A stretch of 63,485 nt of DNA, filler included, from Reticulomyxa filosa (taxonomy: Eukaryota; Protista; Foraminifera), in the NCBI GenBank assembly GCA_000512085.1. It is 11 parts of 11 records of this genome, joined end to end, with 100 filler letters (N's around TTAATTAATTAA, not from the genome) between each part and the next. Parts side by side here need not be neighbours in the genome. Positions count along the whole stretch, not along the records: positions 1 to 15,176 come from ASPP01021695.1; 10 more parts are not named here. One strand, 5' to 3'. Positions 1 to 13,552 of this stretch are shown piece after piece. The translations under genes were made by a program, and so were the position numbers. Position 1 is the first letter of the stretch; each line of letters starts with the position of its first letter. Under the pieces are notes generated by a model, which made no database searches, was not told where the DNA came from, and worked only from the letters and a program-made list of their open reading frames with translations.

Positions 1-113
1 TCTTTTCTTTTGCCACCGTTATCAATTGCGTGTTCTGCGCAATATTGTTCCCAGATGGCATTTCCTAGTTGTATACCGGCTTGGCCGACTTCAATTGTGA
101 GAACTTCTCTCAT
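1..113 (-). CDS. Alpha-tubulin, divergent foraminiferan/retarian alpha-2 type (5' end only; runs off the window)
   Basis: Reverse complement from the ATG at 113 reads [37 protein letters not shown], the tubulin N-terminal MRE..VGQAG.Q.GNA.WE.YC.EH motif. Not in the ORF track. Confidence 0.9.
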   Translation of the reverse strand, partial: MREVLTIEVGQAGIQLGNAIWEQYCAEHAIDNGGKRK

Positions 114-587
114 TTTGTTTGTTAAAAACTAAATGACACTTAAAAAAAACCGAACGAACAAACAAAAAAAAAAAAAGGAACTCACAAACTCCCCTTCTTT
201 TAAAAAACTAAAGAGGGTCCTTCTAGCTTGAGACTAAACAGCACTGTTGTTTTGTTTCATATAACTTACCAAAAAAAAAATTCTCTTTGACGTCCACTAA
301 TTTCTGTCTTTTGGACCTAATTTGTTCTTTTTTTCTTTTGTTTTTTTCAATTTCCTCTGATTTTTTACGATTTGTTAAATTTTTTTTACTACATTTTTCT
401 ATTTCGACTTTCATTTTAGTAATTTGACAATTCTTGGATTCAAGATACTGCTCTCTAAAGTCTCAAATTGGCCTTTTTTGATGTTTGAGATTATAGTGCC
501 ACTTTGGGCAGAAGCTTAGAGCAGTTTGGAACAAAAACTACGCTCAAAGCTGGGATTTTGCATTATTTTAGCAAATAAATATAAAAA

Positions 588-1634
588 ATGATTGAACGAA
601 GAGACGGTGTAGTTGCTGGACAAGTAAGAGACGAGCTAAGTTTAAGATTAACGGGTATCAAAGCGCAAGTCCCAGATTTTTGGTTGCACCGGTGCGCCAT
701 TATACATTACATATATGTGTACAGATACATGAATAGATAAATGAATATGTTGTTGAATGAACAAAATTAGATACAACTATGCAGTCCATTGCCTAAAAGT
801 GCCATTTCGTGATAACGGAGTGCTGAACGCATTTCCAGGAAAGCAGCTGCCAATCGACACAGTGAACAATGAGCGATACGAAACGTGCGGCGGATTTTTA
901 TATCGAATGTCAGTATGGATGGCTTATGTGGGCTGGCTGGTGTACATAAGCGTGCTTTCCTCGAAAGAATACTCCAAGACGACGCAATGTCTGGTCACAG
1001 TGATATTTATACTGTTTTATCTGGCGCAGACGGCATTCATAGGCACGTGCTTGTACACCGTGTATCGCAATCACACCGGACGAAATGGAAGACTGTTGTG
1101 GCTGCTCACCGCAAAAACGGTACAAGAATTTGGCCCTTTTTCCAATGACTTTCTCGAGCTGACGCATGCGCAATATGGAAGCTTTGCAGGTACAAATGAA
1201 CATCTTTTCATGGGTTTGATTTTATGTCCCATTCGAATATATTCGTATATTCGAACATATATGTACACATATATGTTGTGTATAATAATCATGACTTTTG
1301 ATTCATGGGTTTTATAGGAGCTTCCATTGATCATGTCAGGAAGGAGTTTCAAGCGTTTGCAATCTCGGGCCTCCTTTCAAAAAATAAAATATATTTTCAT
1401 GTTTGCAAGTTTTTTTTTTTTTATAACTTGGTTTTGTGTTGTTGAGGGGCCGGATACACATGCAAAAAAAAAAAAACCATTCCAACAAATAAAACATTAT
1501 AACAGGTTTGCACATATCAGTGGAGAGAGAGAAATATTGTTATCCCTTGCAAGAAAATGGCTCGGTGCTTTTTCGCCTTTTTGGTGATTTCTGCACTCTT
1601 AATGTATTGTCTTTCTTACTATGCAAGCCAATAA
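588..1634 (+). CDS. Hypothetical multi-pass membrane protein (about 4 exons; last exon frame uncertain)
   Basis: ATG 588 exon (MIERRDGVVAGQ...WLHR) splices in frame to the 770-1189 exon (RYNYAVH..., two hydrophobic segments). GT..AG intron at 1190-1317. The 3' exon ends at 1587 or 1634. Confidence 0.55.
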
Positions 1635-2271
1635 ATTAATTTTAAAAAAAAAAAAATTAATGTGTTTGGTTACATTTTTTTGACAAGTGTATGCACTTTT
1701 GCTCGTTTGTTGGCTTAATTGAACCCGCAAAGCGCAGCTTTTCATAAATACTGTCTTTTTTTTGTTGTTGTGGTTGAAGATGTGAGCTCATTTGCAAATT
1801 CTCATTTTCAATTTTTCATTCAAAATAGTTTCGTTGTCAAAGATCTCTACTGATTGATGAAGTATTCTACTGTTCTTGATCAGTCTTTGCTACAACTAGT
1901 GAGTTCCTCCTTTTTTTTTTTTTTTTTTTGAGCTTAAAGCTTTTTCATTTTTTGTCGTTCGGACGGGCAATCGAAAACAACAAACTTTGTTTTTTATCCT
2001 CCGTAAAATGCAAGAATCAAACGCTATGGCAAATCAATGGGATTGGACACCCTGCTATCTCGTCACCGCAAACACGAAAGCCAATAACAGCATTGACAAA
2101 AACCAGTTGTGTAATTCTTTTTTTTGTATTTTGTAAAAAGCAAAAAAAAAAACAACGTGAAATCTGGTAACAACTCATAGGACAATGTTATTTTTTTGGG
2201 ACTTGGAATTATGCATCCACCCAAACCCCTGTCCTTATGTTTGTTGTGAAGAGCAGAAATTGCGCGGAGGA

Positions 2272-3529
2272 ATGACCCCAAACAGCAACGAAACTCAACA
2301 AATGGCCGTGGTGCACTTGGTAACAATCTCCACAAATACAACTTCTTTTTTTGTAGTTTCATCGGTGTCATCAATGCCAAACAAATAGGAGGAGGAAAAA
2401 AAAAAACAAAGACTGTTTCGGCTCAAAATTAAAAATAACAGACCGAATACAGTATTAAAAAAATTTTGCAAAGTTGGACTCGATTGCATTCAATCAGTTT
2501 GGGTTGGATTACAGAATTTAATCAAATAGTTGCAAAATATGTTAAGTTCAAATGTATTCGATTTGAAATCGAATAAATGTTTTAATATATGTACATACAT
2601 ATATGTAAGTAATAGTGATAATATATTATCACAATTTGATACAGGCCAAACATTTTAAGCAATTAAAAATCTTTGAGGGACACACTGGAAATATTAAAAG
2701 CGTGAAATTGTCACCAGATGGCCGCAAAATTGTTTCAGCATCTGATGATAAGCGAATTCGAATATGGGATGTGATATTGGGGAATGAAGTGCATATATTG
2801 GCGGGACATGAGAATTGGGTGAACGATGCGGAATTTTCTCCTGATGGCAATATGGTTGTGTCATGTTCAAATGATGAAACAATTCGATTGTGGGATGTAA
2901 ATTCGGGACGAGAAATAAGGAAATTGGTTGGGCACACGCAGAGTGTGACGCGAGCTCAATTTTCACCTGATGGCAATAGTATTGCATCATGTTCAATTGA
3001 CAAAACAATTCGCATTTGGAATGTCAAGTCTGGTGAAGAGCTGAAAAAGATCGAAGGGCATTCAACTGGAATTGTTGGGTTGCAATTTTCACCAGATGGA
3101 CAAATGATTGTGTCTTCAGCAAATGATAATACCATTCGAGTGTGGGATGCAAAATCAGGTGAAAGGATAATCGAATTGAAAGGACATTTCGAAGTTGTCA
3201 CTGGAATCCATGTCTCTCCAGATGGATGTTCTATTGTTTCATGCTCATGGGACAAAACAATTCGGTTATGGGATGTGCAATCAGGAAAAGAAATTCTAAA
3301 ATTAAAAGGACATTCCAATTGGGTGAGCGATGTAAAATTTTCTCCAGATGGTCAAAATATTATTTCATGCTCGTGGGATAAAACTATCCGGCTATGGAAT
3401 ATTGTTGCACAACATGAAGTGCAAAAATTAGAAGGGCACACCAACCGTGTGACAGGAGTGGATATTTCTGCAGACGGCAATACTATTGTGTCATGTTCTT
3501 GGGATAAAACAATTCGGTTGTGGGAATAA
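2272..3529 (+). CDS. WD40-repeat protein (7 blades) of the lineage-expanded family; exons 2272-2319, 2442-2540, 2645-3529
   Basis: Seven GH...FSPDG..IVS.S.D.TIRLWD repeats. The upstream exon encodes LQSWTRLHSISLGWITEFNQIVAKY. Both GT-AG introns are phase 0. Confidence 0.92.
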
Positions 3530-4057
3530 TATCAGTTGATAGGAAAAAAAAGGATTATTCTGCTTTAGATACATCGAGAACTCATATCATTCAAAAAAAG
3601 TAAATAATTCCTTTATAGCAATTTTTGCCTTGTTTTTTGAAACGTGTTCAAATTTTTTTGTAGTGATCTTTATTCACATCAATAAAGTTTTTGTAAATTT
3701 TCGATTTTGGGTCCATAGCGCTTTTTTCACTCAACTGAATGCAATTGTATTTCAACTAAAAGAGTATTTAGTTTCCTGTTAAGTAAGGACATGTTCAGTC
3801 AAAGAATTTTTCAAACTCGGCAAAAAGTATTTCAAACTGTCGACAAGAGTTCAAATGTTATAACCAAAATTAAAAGTTTTAATTTTTCCCTTAAGTAAAT
3901 GCTAAAGACTGTCAAGAGTTTAAAAAGCATATCTCTAAGAGAAAATAATGAATTAAGTCTGCGTTCGCTTAGGTTTTGCAAGGTGCTCCTTAGAAAAAAA
4001 TAATTAACAAATCTTAATCTTTGTTTTTATTTTCTCTACAGCCTCACAACTCGAACA

Positions 4058-4598
4058 ATGGTAAAACAAACCACTACTTGAATTGAATACCGATCTTTAA
4101 CTATGTGGGAACAATATTGTTTGTTTTATGGGGTTGAAACAGGCACAAGCCGAGAAAACCTCATTTGAAAAAGCTGTTGAATACGTTCGCAGTTTACCTG
4201 CTGATGGCCCTGTAAAATTGGATGATACTACTAAACTTAAATTTTATGGTATGAGAATTGATAATCAATTTTGTTTTCAGTATCTTTTTCAAAAAAAAAA
4301 AGATGTGAAAACACAAATAAAAAACCCAAAAAAACAGGATATTACAAACAAGCCACAGTTGGCACATGCAAAGATAAAGGTGGTGCTCAACCTTGGGCTA
4401 TTCAAGTTACGCAATCCCGCACTTAAAAAGTTGTATTTTGGTATTCAGTGTATCCCCCTTTTTTTTTTTAACAAACAGGTTGAAGCACGAGCCAAATGGG
4501 ACGCATGGAATTCATTAGGCTCAATGTCTGAAACCGATGCAAAAAAGAATTATGTTGAATTGTTGGAAAAAATATCCAACGGTGAATTCAAGCCATAA
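4058..4598 (+). CDS. ACBP: Acyl-CoA-binding protein (98 aa); exons 4058-4060, 4143-4248, 4338-4405, 4479-4598
   Basis: Spliced product MAQAEKTSFEKAVEYVRSLP...KLKFYGYYKQATVG...QPWAIQVEARAKWDAWNSLGSMSETDAKKNYVELL carries the ACBP signatures YKQAT.G and AKWDAW. Exon lengths sum to 297 nt. Confidence 0.95.
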
Positions 4599-5171
4599 TA
4601 GCTTGTGTGTACATCTTCAAGGGATTGCTTTTGTTTTTTTTTTCCCTTCGATTGGCTCTTGAAAAATTAAAAAACCCTTGGTTTAATTGAGGTGAAACAA
4701 TGAGGATTTTGTGGAAATTTCCAAATATGGAATATTTCCACAAAACCAACAAACTTTACCCCAATTTTTTCCCACCGATCAAATCTTAAAGTACAAATTA
4801 GGTAAAAAGAAACTTTCCATAGTTAAACCGTTTTGGAAATGTTTTTGAGACGTTTTAATTAAACAGTTTACTTTTTTTATTTGACCAGTCATTTGGACAT
4901 TACTAAATCTTTTAGCTTTTCAATATAATACCTTTTTTCAAAAAAAAATGACGTGTCAAATCCTTATCAACGGTCGATCGTCATTAAATTTTTTAATTGA
5001 AGTTACCTTCAAAAAAGTTGATTTTGCCCTCTAACAAAAGATTGAACAGTATCCGAGAGGAATTTCTTTGTAGGATACAAGAAGTGAAAAATAAAGGGTG
5101 TGAAAACCTTGGCGAGAAAAAACCGGTCAGAGGCCTAGGAAAAAGAAGGATGAGCACAATAAAAATTGAAC

Positions 5172-6096
5172 ATGGATTCATCAAAATGGAAGTTGGAACC
5201 AGCAAATAGTAAATCAACTTATCTTTCACCAATTACAGAAAAAGGCAAAGATGTGATACAAGACGTAATAAACGTGGACAAGCTGAGCGACTGGTCCTAT
5301 CAAAAGCGAAAGCTGAAAATAGCAGCGGTCGGAACCGGACTTGGGCTGTTTGGCGGATACGTGTACGGCGTGTATCGAGGAGTGACGAACGTATGGTTAT
5401 TCGGCCGCTACTTGACAACAGGGGCGCTCTTGGGGACCCTGGCCGCATACCCCATTATCGGTGTGCCCCAAATGTTAACCAAAAAGCACCGTTGGGCATA
5501 CGGGCTTATGTTAGGAGCGTTTTGGGGGGCAGCACTTGGTTATTCGCAAAGGGGTTTCCGCTTTGTGCCAGTCTACAGTATCATGGGTGTTGGATTATGT
5601 TACACTGTCCTTCTCATTTGGTATTTTTATTTTATTGTTATTATAACTTGTATGTAATTTTTTCATCCGTTTTTGCGAGTGAAAAAAAAATCTTTTTTTT
5701 TAAATGTGGGGATCCAGGAGACAATTGGTTGAACCAATATATTATTTCCATTTTTTGAAATGGCCAGAATATGATCCACCCATATGGTGGCCATACCAAC
5801 CTACTCATCCGTTGGACATCTTGGACTTGGAGATTGAAAGAGAAAGAAATGATGTGATTTATGTGGAGGACTTGCAATATTTCAAAGATACCAAAACCGC
5901 AACAAAGTCCAAGCTGTTGGATATGCAACTGCGTATGGAGTTGGAAGAGGGCTTTGTCAAACGCAGTCCCACACAAAAATCCAATCGCGAAATTATGCAC
6001 GTTGGGGAATGGATTAGGAAACAAAGAGATGAAAAAATCGCCCATCCGTTTGAGGAAAATAAACTTAGTCACTTACCGACCACCGAATTCAAATAA
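5172..6096 (+). CDS. Glycine-zipper membrane protein, probably Tim17/Tim22/NDUFA11-like; intron about 5621-5717
   Basis: Four Gly-rich hydrophobic helices (GTGLGLFGGYVYG, GALLGTLA, GLMLGAFWGAALG, MGVGL). The phase-2 splice joins W|RQLVEPIY. Confidence 0.5.
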
Positions 6097-6552
6097 TACT
6101 TTGCCACTTGTATTCACTCAAACATTTCCTTTTGCACTTGCTTCCAAAATGTACCGAGTCAAACAAATCTTTCATTCATTTCAAAATACCACTTTACATT
6201 ATGTATACATTAATCTCTTAACTTTTTTTTTTGCTGAATGATGACCTCTTCCTTTCAGAACAATTCTTTTTTACAATCACAAAATTGTTTTTTTTAATTG
6301 TGAAATCACAAACGTAATCGGTTTCTCAATTCATTTTAATCAGCAAGATTCAAACTGCGATCTCCCACAACCATCTCGGACCTTTTTTTTTAAAAGATCT
6401 TCAACAAAATTTTCAATTCCTGTTCTGTAATTATACATAGTTTGTATCTTAAAAAGACCTAAATGATATGTACATGGACATTGGTTGCTCTTGCACAAGC
6501 ACAAAAGGCTGTTTCCTTTCAAAAAAAAATTGTGTTGCACTTAAGCAAAAAG

Positions 6553-9500
6553 ATGAGGTCGCTCTCGTATATACATCAGTATGTGAATGGATTGGTGAAA
6601 AATGCAGACACAACGAAGGGAGTATTGAAAATAATGGGTGAATTATGTGACCTGCACGAGCTCAAAAATCTTTTGGATCAAAAAATGGAGGAAATAAAAG
6701 GAATATTGGAGAAAGGGTACACCAAAAAAAACGAACAAAGCCAGAAACATTCAAAAGATAAGCTGTGTGACACATATCTACGTTTATCATCGATTGACGA
6801 AATCCTGCCAATTAGCATACATATAAACATTTTTTCCTTTCTGGGGTCCGAGTGTTTTCAATTTTTGCCTTTGCTCAGCCATTCTTTTCGTCACATGTTC
6901 ATTTCGAACCCGTTCTTGTACAAAAGAGTTGAGAGACATATATGCACATACAACTAATAATTAGAATTAATCTATTTTTTTTTAATATTATGAGATTATA
7001 CGTCGATGGTACATGCATATATATTTAATTTGTATATGCTTTTACAAATGGAAACAATATGAAAGTTTGAGTTGAGAGTTACGGAGCCATATCTAGAGGA
7101 TTGCTTGATTGAGAAGAAGTTAAAGTTAACAGTAAACAGTAAGAAAGAGGCAGTGCTGATGGAACTAGTGGACAAAGCAAAACGATATTATCACAACACC
7201 AATCCATTGTTGACTCCAGCACCCAACGCAACAATGGAGCCATTTCCATGGCACGCCATTCGAAAGTGGAGCATCGACGCCAGTCTTAGCTCTTGGAGTA
7301 TTCCAAAGATTTTGTCGCAGGGACAGCCAAGGCTATTGTACCGATCACTCTTTTCACCGACCTTTAATGACCGATGGCGACAAGCTGTGTCCTTTTGGAG
7401 GCATTACGCTGCAAACAGACAAAGAAAAGGAAAAAAGAAAGAATGTAAGACACTCAAAGAAGTAATAGCCACAATCCGTCCAAGGCAACTTTATCGTAAG
7501 ATAAGTATTCGGACGAACGACCCTGCGCAGCATGCCATCTCCACGTTGGAAAATCTCGGCGACGACATATTCCTCGGACAAAATCATGGCTTTATTGACT
7601 ACACTCGCGAGCTGTCTTCGCAATATCTTCAGCGTATTAAAATGAAGGAGCAACATAGTCAAGAGCAGGTCCTGTATTTGGCCTACGCCATTGCTAAAGT
7701 CAAATACAAGAAACAAGATTTTGAAAACCATTTGAAAGACGCTCTGTCGTCTCCGAACCAATCGAATCACTTTGACGTCAATCACTCCCGAAATCCTAAG
7801 TACAAGCGCTTCTACGTCACTACCTCTACTTCTCAAAAGATCCGCTCGTTCTACTACAAAGGTATACATTTTCTTTTTTTTTTCTCTTCTCACCATCATC
7901 CCTTTCGCACTCGTTCTACGTATAACAAAACATGCAATGACACATTTTTTTTTAATTAAAAAAAAAAAAAAAAATTGTATTATATATGTATACAAAAAAG
8001 GTCACCGATTGAAAGTGCAAAGGACAAATTTATCAAAAATTGTATGAAGAGTGTGGTGCGGGTATGCAGTAAAGTAAAGGGATTGAACAATATAATAAAC
8101 GCGGACTGGCTATCGAGAACAAAGGTAGAAAAGGCGCAACGATTTCAGCAGGTGTACGATCACGTGCCATGCATGCGTGAGCTGTTGGAAAGCCTGGTGA
8201 ACAGCGAACAATCTGTCATCTTTTGCGAATGCCGTCAAAATACATCGTTTGTGGTAACCGACAAAGCCGACAGTGCGTACTGGGAGACGGTGCAAGTCAG
8301 TCCTGAGTTCTCGCTTGTGTGTGCGCAAGGCGTGAACAGTATGAGCGATGCCACGCAACATGTTCTGTGTGGCCAGCTCCTTCAGTTTCCAAGTTTACAT
8401 CCTGCAGGTAGTAATAATGACAATAACGAGGAGGATGACGACGATGATTTTTGTGATGAGCTTGATGGCAAAGACAATGACGATACCAAGGTCGGCTGGG
8501 ACATGATTGACCTACTCACTGCTGCAGACGAGTTTGAAATGAGGGAGCTCACAGCCATGTGGGCCACTGAACTTTCAGCTTGGCAACACGAAGTGGTAAT
8601 GAATTAAACAAAATTTTCTTTGTTTTTTTAAAAAAATGTGCTAATTTGTTTTTGTAAATGCCGTTTATCCAAAAAAAAAGTATGAACTCAAAGCTGGCAA
8701 TGGTTTATTATTAAACATGCTGAAGAAGGGTCGAGAAACAGTTCGATCACTGGAGTTAACAGTTGGGCTACCCACATATCGAATGGAACAGTTCCTACCC
8801 TTACCCAATTTGACTCATTTGTGTCTGTCCAACGTGCTGTTTGACGACAAAATGGACTGGATTAACTCCAGCAAACTGCCGAACCTCAGGTGTTTGACCA
8901 TTGACCAGTTGTCGTTTGCGGAAAACACGATCGATATGCACTCCTTGTTTTGTCTTGCAGAGAAGGGCAAACTTGCCACAATGGTAGAAACAAATGCAGA
9001 AAAAAGAAAAAAGGCTGATGAAGTGGGTTCCCTGTTTACCACGTCCGACTATGAAATTGAGCTCGTCAACTCCATCTTGCAAGCATGTCCAAACCTGCTT
9101 GCGTTTCACTATCAATACAATGGCGAAAGACAGAGCATTGACTCCGAGCCCAACTACAGCAGGCTTGTCATGCTTGCTGTTCCTTACAATGAAACCATTT
9201 TGCAAATTCCACCCAATTTGAGGTGGTTGTGGCTAGGACACATCCCTACTAACACGCTCATTGATTTTACTCAGTGCAAGAGTTTTTGTGCGCTACACTG
9301 CCTTGGTATACGTTTTTTTTATTCAACAATTTTGTTGTTATTATTACTTTTTTTTTTGCTGAGGAAAAACAAACAAACATGTAGAGATCTCATCCGCAAG
9401 TTTTATTTGCCCGCCTGACAAACCCTTGAAAATTGGCTGCTTGCATCTCAAGACAACTTATACGAGGCTTGACGACGAAGTGATTGAAGAATTCGGAAGG

Positions 9501-9734
9501 TTTATATCTTCCATGCCACACTCCGACATACACATGTTCGTCTCGAGTAATGGAAATAAGCTTTGTAAGGTGGATCCGAATTCTTCCTTCTTATCCGTAA
9601 TGCACCAGGACAGAGAGGCACTTTTTCGAAAAATTTTGAAAACTATGGAGACAGACCCCGACCAAGCCAAAGAGTATGAACGCTGGTTTCAAACAGGTCT
9701 CGCAGAATGGATACGCTTTTGCCATACCAATTAA
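6553..9734 (+). CDS. F-box-like / LRR-like hypothetical protein, about 5 exons
   Basis: Chain of ORFs 6463-6957, 7072-7959, 7975-8607, 8717-9418, 9426-9734 separated by AT-rich GT-AG segments. F-box-like ILPISIHINIFSFL; LRR-like LPNLTHLCL, LPNLRCLTI, CPNLLAFHY. Confidence 0.55.
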
Positions 9735-10340
9735 AACCTTCTTTTTGCTTGTCTTTTACACATCAAACAACTGCGTAAAATGAATAGTGTGATGTTTAAG
9801 CATCTTATTCATTGTAACACATGTTATCAATTTTCATTTTAATTGAGAACATCAGTGCAAGTTTGATGTCCAGACATTTGTATTGGATTTTCCACAAAAA
9901 TTGTATTAATTCTGATAAATAAATGATCGCTAAATCACATAGAAACACTAGATAAAAATAAGTTGATTTGTACTTAGCATAATAAAATTAATCAAGTATA
10001 AATCAATTTATCCGAGATAGCTTTGAAAATTTCCATATGTATATTTCTTTCGAATGACTTTTTTATCATTTAAATTTTATCACATAATTGATGACAAGAT
10101 TTGTAATTAACTGATTGTATATTTAAGCCATAAAATCCTTATTTGAAAAATTTTTCCAAAGTTCGCTTGTCAAAACCTTTTCAAAATATTGCTATTGTTA
10201 TTGAACCTTTGCTTCTTTTCTGTCACAAACAAAACGAGTTCAGAGAATAACTGCTCCTCTTACAGAAACACAAATTTCAAAACAACTACCACTGGCAGCT
10301 TCGTTTTAACTCTTTCACATGAGTTTTTTTGCTTTTGTTA

Positions 10341-10451
10341 CAGTAGATTGCAAAAAAAACTGTCATACCTAAATTGCACTATATGAAGAGAATCGATTTT
10401 CTCCATGAAAAATAAAGATTTAAACATAATTTTTTTAAAAAATATACTAAT
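10341..10451 (+). mobile_element. Dispersed repeat, TA|CAGTAG end of a Tc1/mariner- or MITE-like element (copy 1)
   Basis: Near-identical to 22133-22203 and 50385-50495. All three copies begin with TA + CAGTAGATT and have unrelated upstream flanks. Confidence 0.7.
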
Positions 10452-10946
10452 ATTGTAGTTTTTAAATAATAAATTGGTTTTATGATAAGTTTTTTCTAAG
10501 TTGATCAAAAATATGATTTTTTCAATGATTTTTAAAAATTTCGAATGAGTTCACAAAATATATGAATAATATAAAAGACGTGGAACAAATTGATAAAAGA
10601 CTTTGTGAAATAATTAACATCATAGATATTTGTATTATCCATAATGCATCCGAAAATCTGCTAAAACAAAACATCTGAACATATACAAAACATAAAGAGC
10701 AAATACAAAAGCAGGAATTAAATAAGATAATTAGAAAGCTTCAGAAAAAAATAAACAATGGAGATGATAAAAACTTTTATGGTCAAACCACATTGATGAA
10801 AGAATCACCAAAGCAAATAAATCTATTACACAAAGTCAAATTATGGGAATCATTGGTGGACAACTTGATATAAACACACAAATAAAATATTAAAATTAAA
10901 AAGAAACAGTTTATTTGTTTTCTAAAAAATTGTTATTTAATACAGA

Positions 10947-11290
10947 ATGGATATTTTCATATTTGATATCTTTTATTCATCATCCAAATTACTCAATACA
11001 TTTACTAAACATACCGACATTGTTCAAAGTATTGACTATTCAATATTTAATGAAGATGAATTTATTTGTTCTGGATATATGATAATACAATTTATGTATG
11101 GAATAAAACCAATCAACAAATTCAATTGTGGTCTGTTGAATATTCACATTTGCAACAACGGATAATAGTGAAGTTATTGGTAGTTCAAATGTGATATTTT
11201 CTGGATCAGAAGATAATACAATTCGTTTTTGGGATATTTGATCAAATAAGAAAGAATTGTATGGTATTAAATTATATATTACAAAAGAAA
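10947..11290 (+). pseudogene. Decayed WD40 gene fragment
   Basis: SSSKLLNTFTKHTDIVQSIDYS..FICSG and ..IFSGSEDNTIRFWDI*SNK, with frameshifts, deletions and an in-frame TGA. Confidence 0.8.
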
Positions 11291-11869
11291 AAAAAAAACA
11301 ATGAACAAAATTTAAGTGATTATGCAGGCAAAGGCCCAATCCGTGTTCGGTAATGAATTTTTAAAAAGGTACAGAATTATTCTAATTGATTAGTTCTAAA
11401 ATTTGTATTGTTGTATTTATTTTTTTGCCTTTCTTAAGTTATTTTTTTCATGCGTGTTTAATGTTCATTTGTCTACACTATTTTGATTTAGTCTACGTTG
11501 TTTCACAACAAACTTTTTCTATGCATTAAAAAAAACACTATATCATTTGTTATTTTTAATTTTAAAAAGTACAACATTTGCAATTTATTCATGAAAAATC
11601 AAAGATTCGTCATTCTGGTCAAAAGTATAGAAAAAATTTCCAGGAGATTTAATTTTTTTTTGCAATTGATCGTAAAGTGGGTTATTTAAGAATTTATTGT
11701 GAGGCCAATTGTTTGAACTTGCCCGAGAAGCACATAAGTTTAAGACATTGGCTATTTCTGTCCAAAGGACAAATTAAAACTCCTTTGTTAATAAAAAAAT
11801 AATGATAAACTACATTTTAATTGAGTTTTACATTTGTTGGGAAAGAATGCATAAAAAGGTCGAGTATTT

Positions 11870-13517
11870 TCAAAACAATGGATTCCAAGATGGAGGCATT
11901 TGACAATAAGCATCTAATGAGCTGAGACTTTGAATTAAAATGTGTACTCTTTGATCCAAAGGCTCAGATATATTTGAGTCGGTGTATCGGCTATAATTCG
12001 GATGGGTATTGGTCGTGGATTGTTGTTCCAGATTGATCACAGATTCAGCAAAAGTTGGTTTATTGATGTAATGTTCTTTTACGTTTTTTTGAACAAAATC
12101 ATCATATAAACACTTTTCAAGAACTTGAGATTGTTTTGTTTTTAATTGTTGCAAGTATTGTTCGAAATAAAACTCATTTTCCAAGATTTCCCTTTGGCCA
12201 TAAGGGATAGCTAAACCAGATAATCGTTGCAAAATGGATTGAACATTGTCGTGCATCTGTGGCATTACCGACTTGGAAGTAGCCCAAAATTCATTGTTTG
12301 AAGGGATTGTTTCTTGATAAAATACGCTAGTAGTTCTGTTGGTGCACATGTGACTTGCCGATGGTACCATTTTCAAAGCACGGTCTAGCTCAGTACGATA
12401 CATGTATTCATCCCTCAAAAATAGCACCAGTAGAGGTCTCAAATAATGTTGATAGTGATTCAGGGCAGTTGCCATCGATAAAAATGAAGGCTCAAGTGCT
12501 CCTTCTACAAAATTGGGCTCCAAAAAATGTTTCAGGTTTGGCGTCAAGCGAATTGGAAAGACATGAGTACTCCATGGGGACTCCAAAATTTTCCCAGTGA
12601 CATGATCCATAGGAACACTGAAGCCATGAGTGTACATATTGCCGACTTTCATGTTTAGTTTGAATTTGAACGTGTAGTTATCGCCATAATTAAACAAAAT
12701 ATTTAACAAATTGTGATAAGCCAGACTAATGCTAAATTGTCGCTGAAACTCGAACAATTGAATGGAAGTGAAGTGATTGGATAAACTGCTCCCGAGCAAT
12801 GATTTGCGGATGTACTCATCCAATACTTTGGATGGCAGGCAATTCAATTGCTGATCTTTGAATTTAGTCAATTTCATATCAATATTTTTCGGTCCACACT
12901 TGATCCACTCATTAAAATAGCTCACCAGATCGCTGAAAGGATGTTGGGATTTGTCAACGGCAAATTGACTGTAAATATCATGTAATGAAACAACGTTGTT
13001 ATTGTGAGGAAGTTTTCGCAAATACACTCGTTCCCAAGCATACGTTTCCGTGATGGGTGGTTGGATAAACCTTTTCCTCGTTTGAGGGTGTTTCAAAAAG
13101 ATTCGGTTGAACTGCTTCATTACAATTCGTAAGCGATGTTCGGACAAGGCATAGCATTCATAGCGTTGCCGCAATGTCTGTGAAAGACGCAATGCCGCCG
13201 GTGCCGTTTCATTGACTATCAATGCCGATATACGTATTTTGTTGAGCGGAGCATATTCACTCGGAGCAGCATAGGGTACGCCAATGTCCAAGCGAAATGG
13301 AAAGGCGCGTCGTCCAAACTCATAGCCATAGATATGTCCATCGGTTGCCAAAAAGCTCACTTTTTTGGGTCTGCGACCGGAATCGATAGAGGCTTCGTTG
13401 GTTGTTTCAGGAATGATTTGAATGATGTAGGACTGATCTTGAGTTACATCAAATCCAAACCTAACTTGGCAATAGCCAAAGTAAAAATTTTCATCGCAAT
13501 TATTATTGGCATTACTC

Positions 13518-13552
<35 letters not shown>

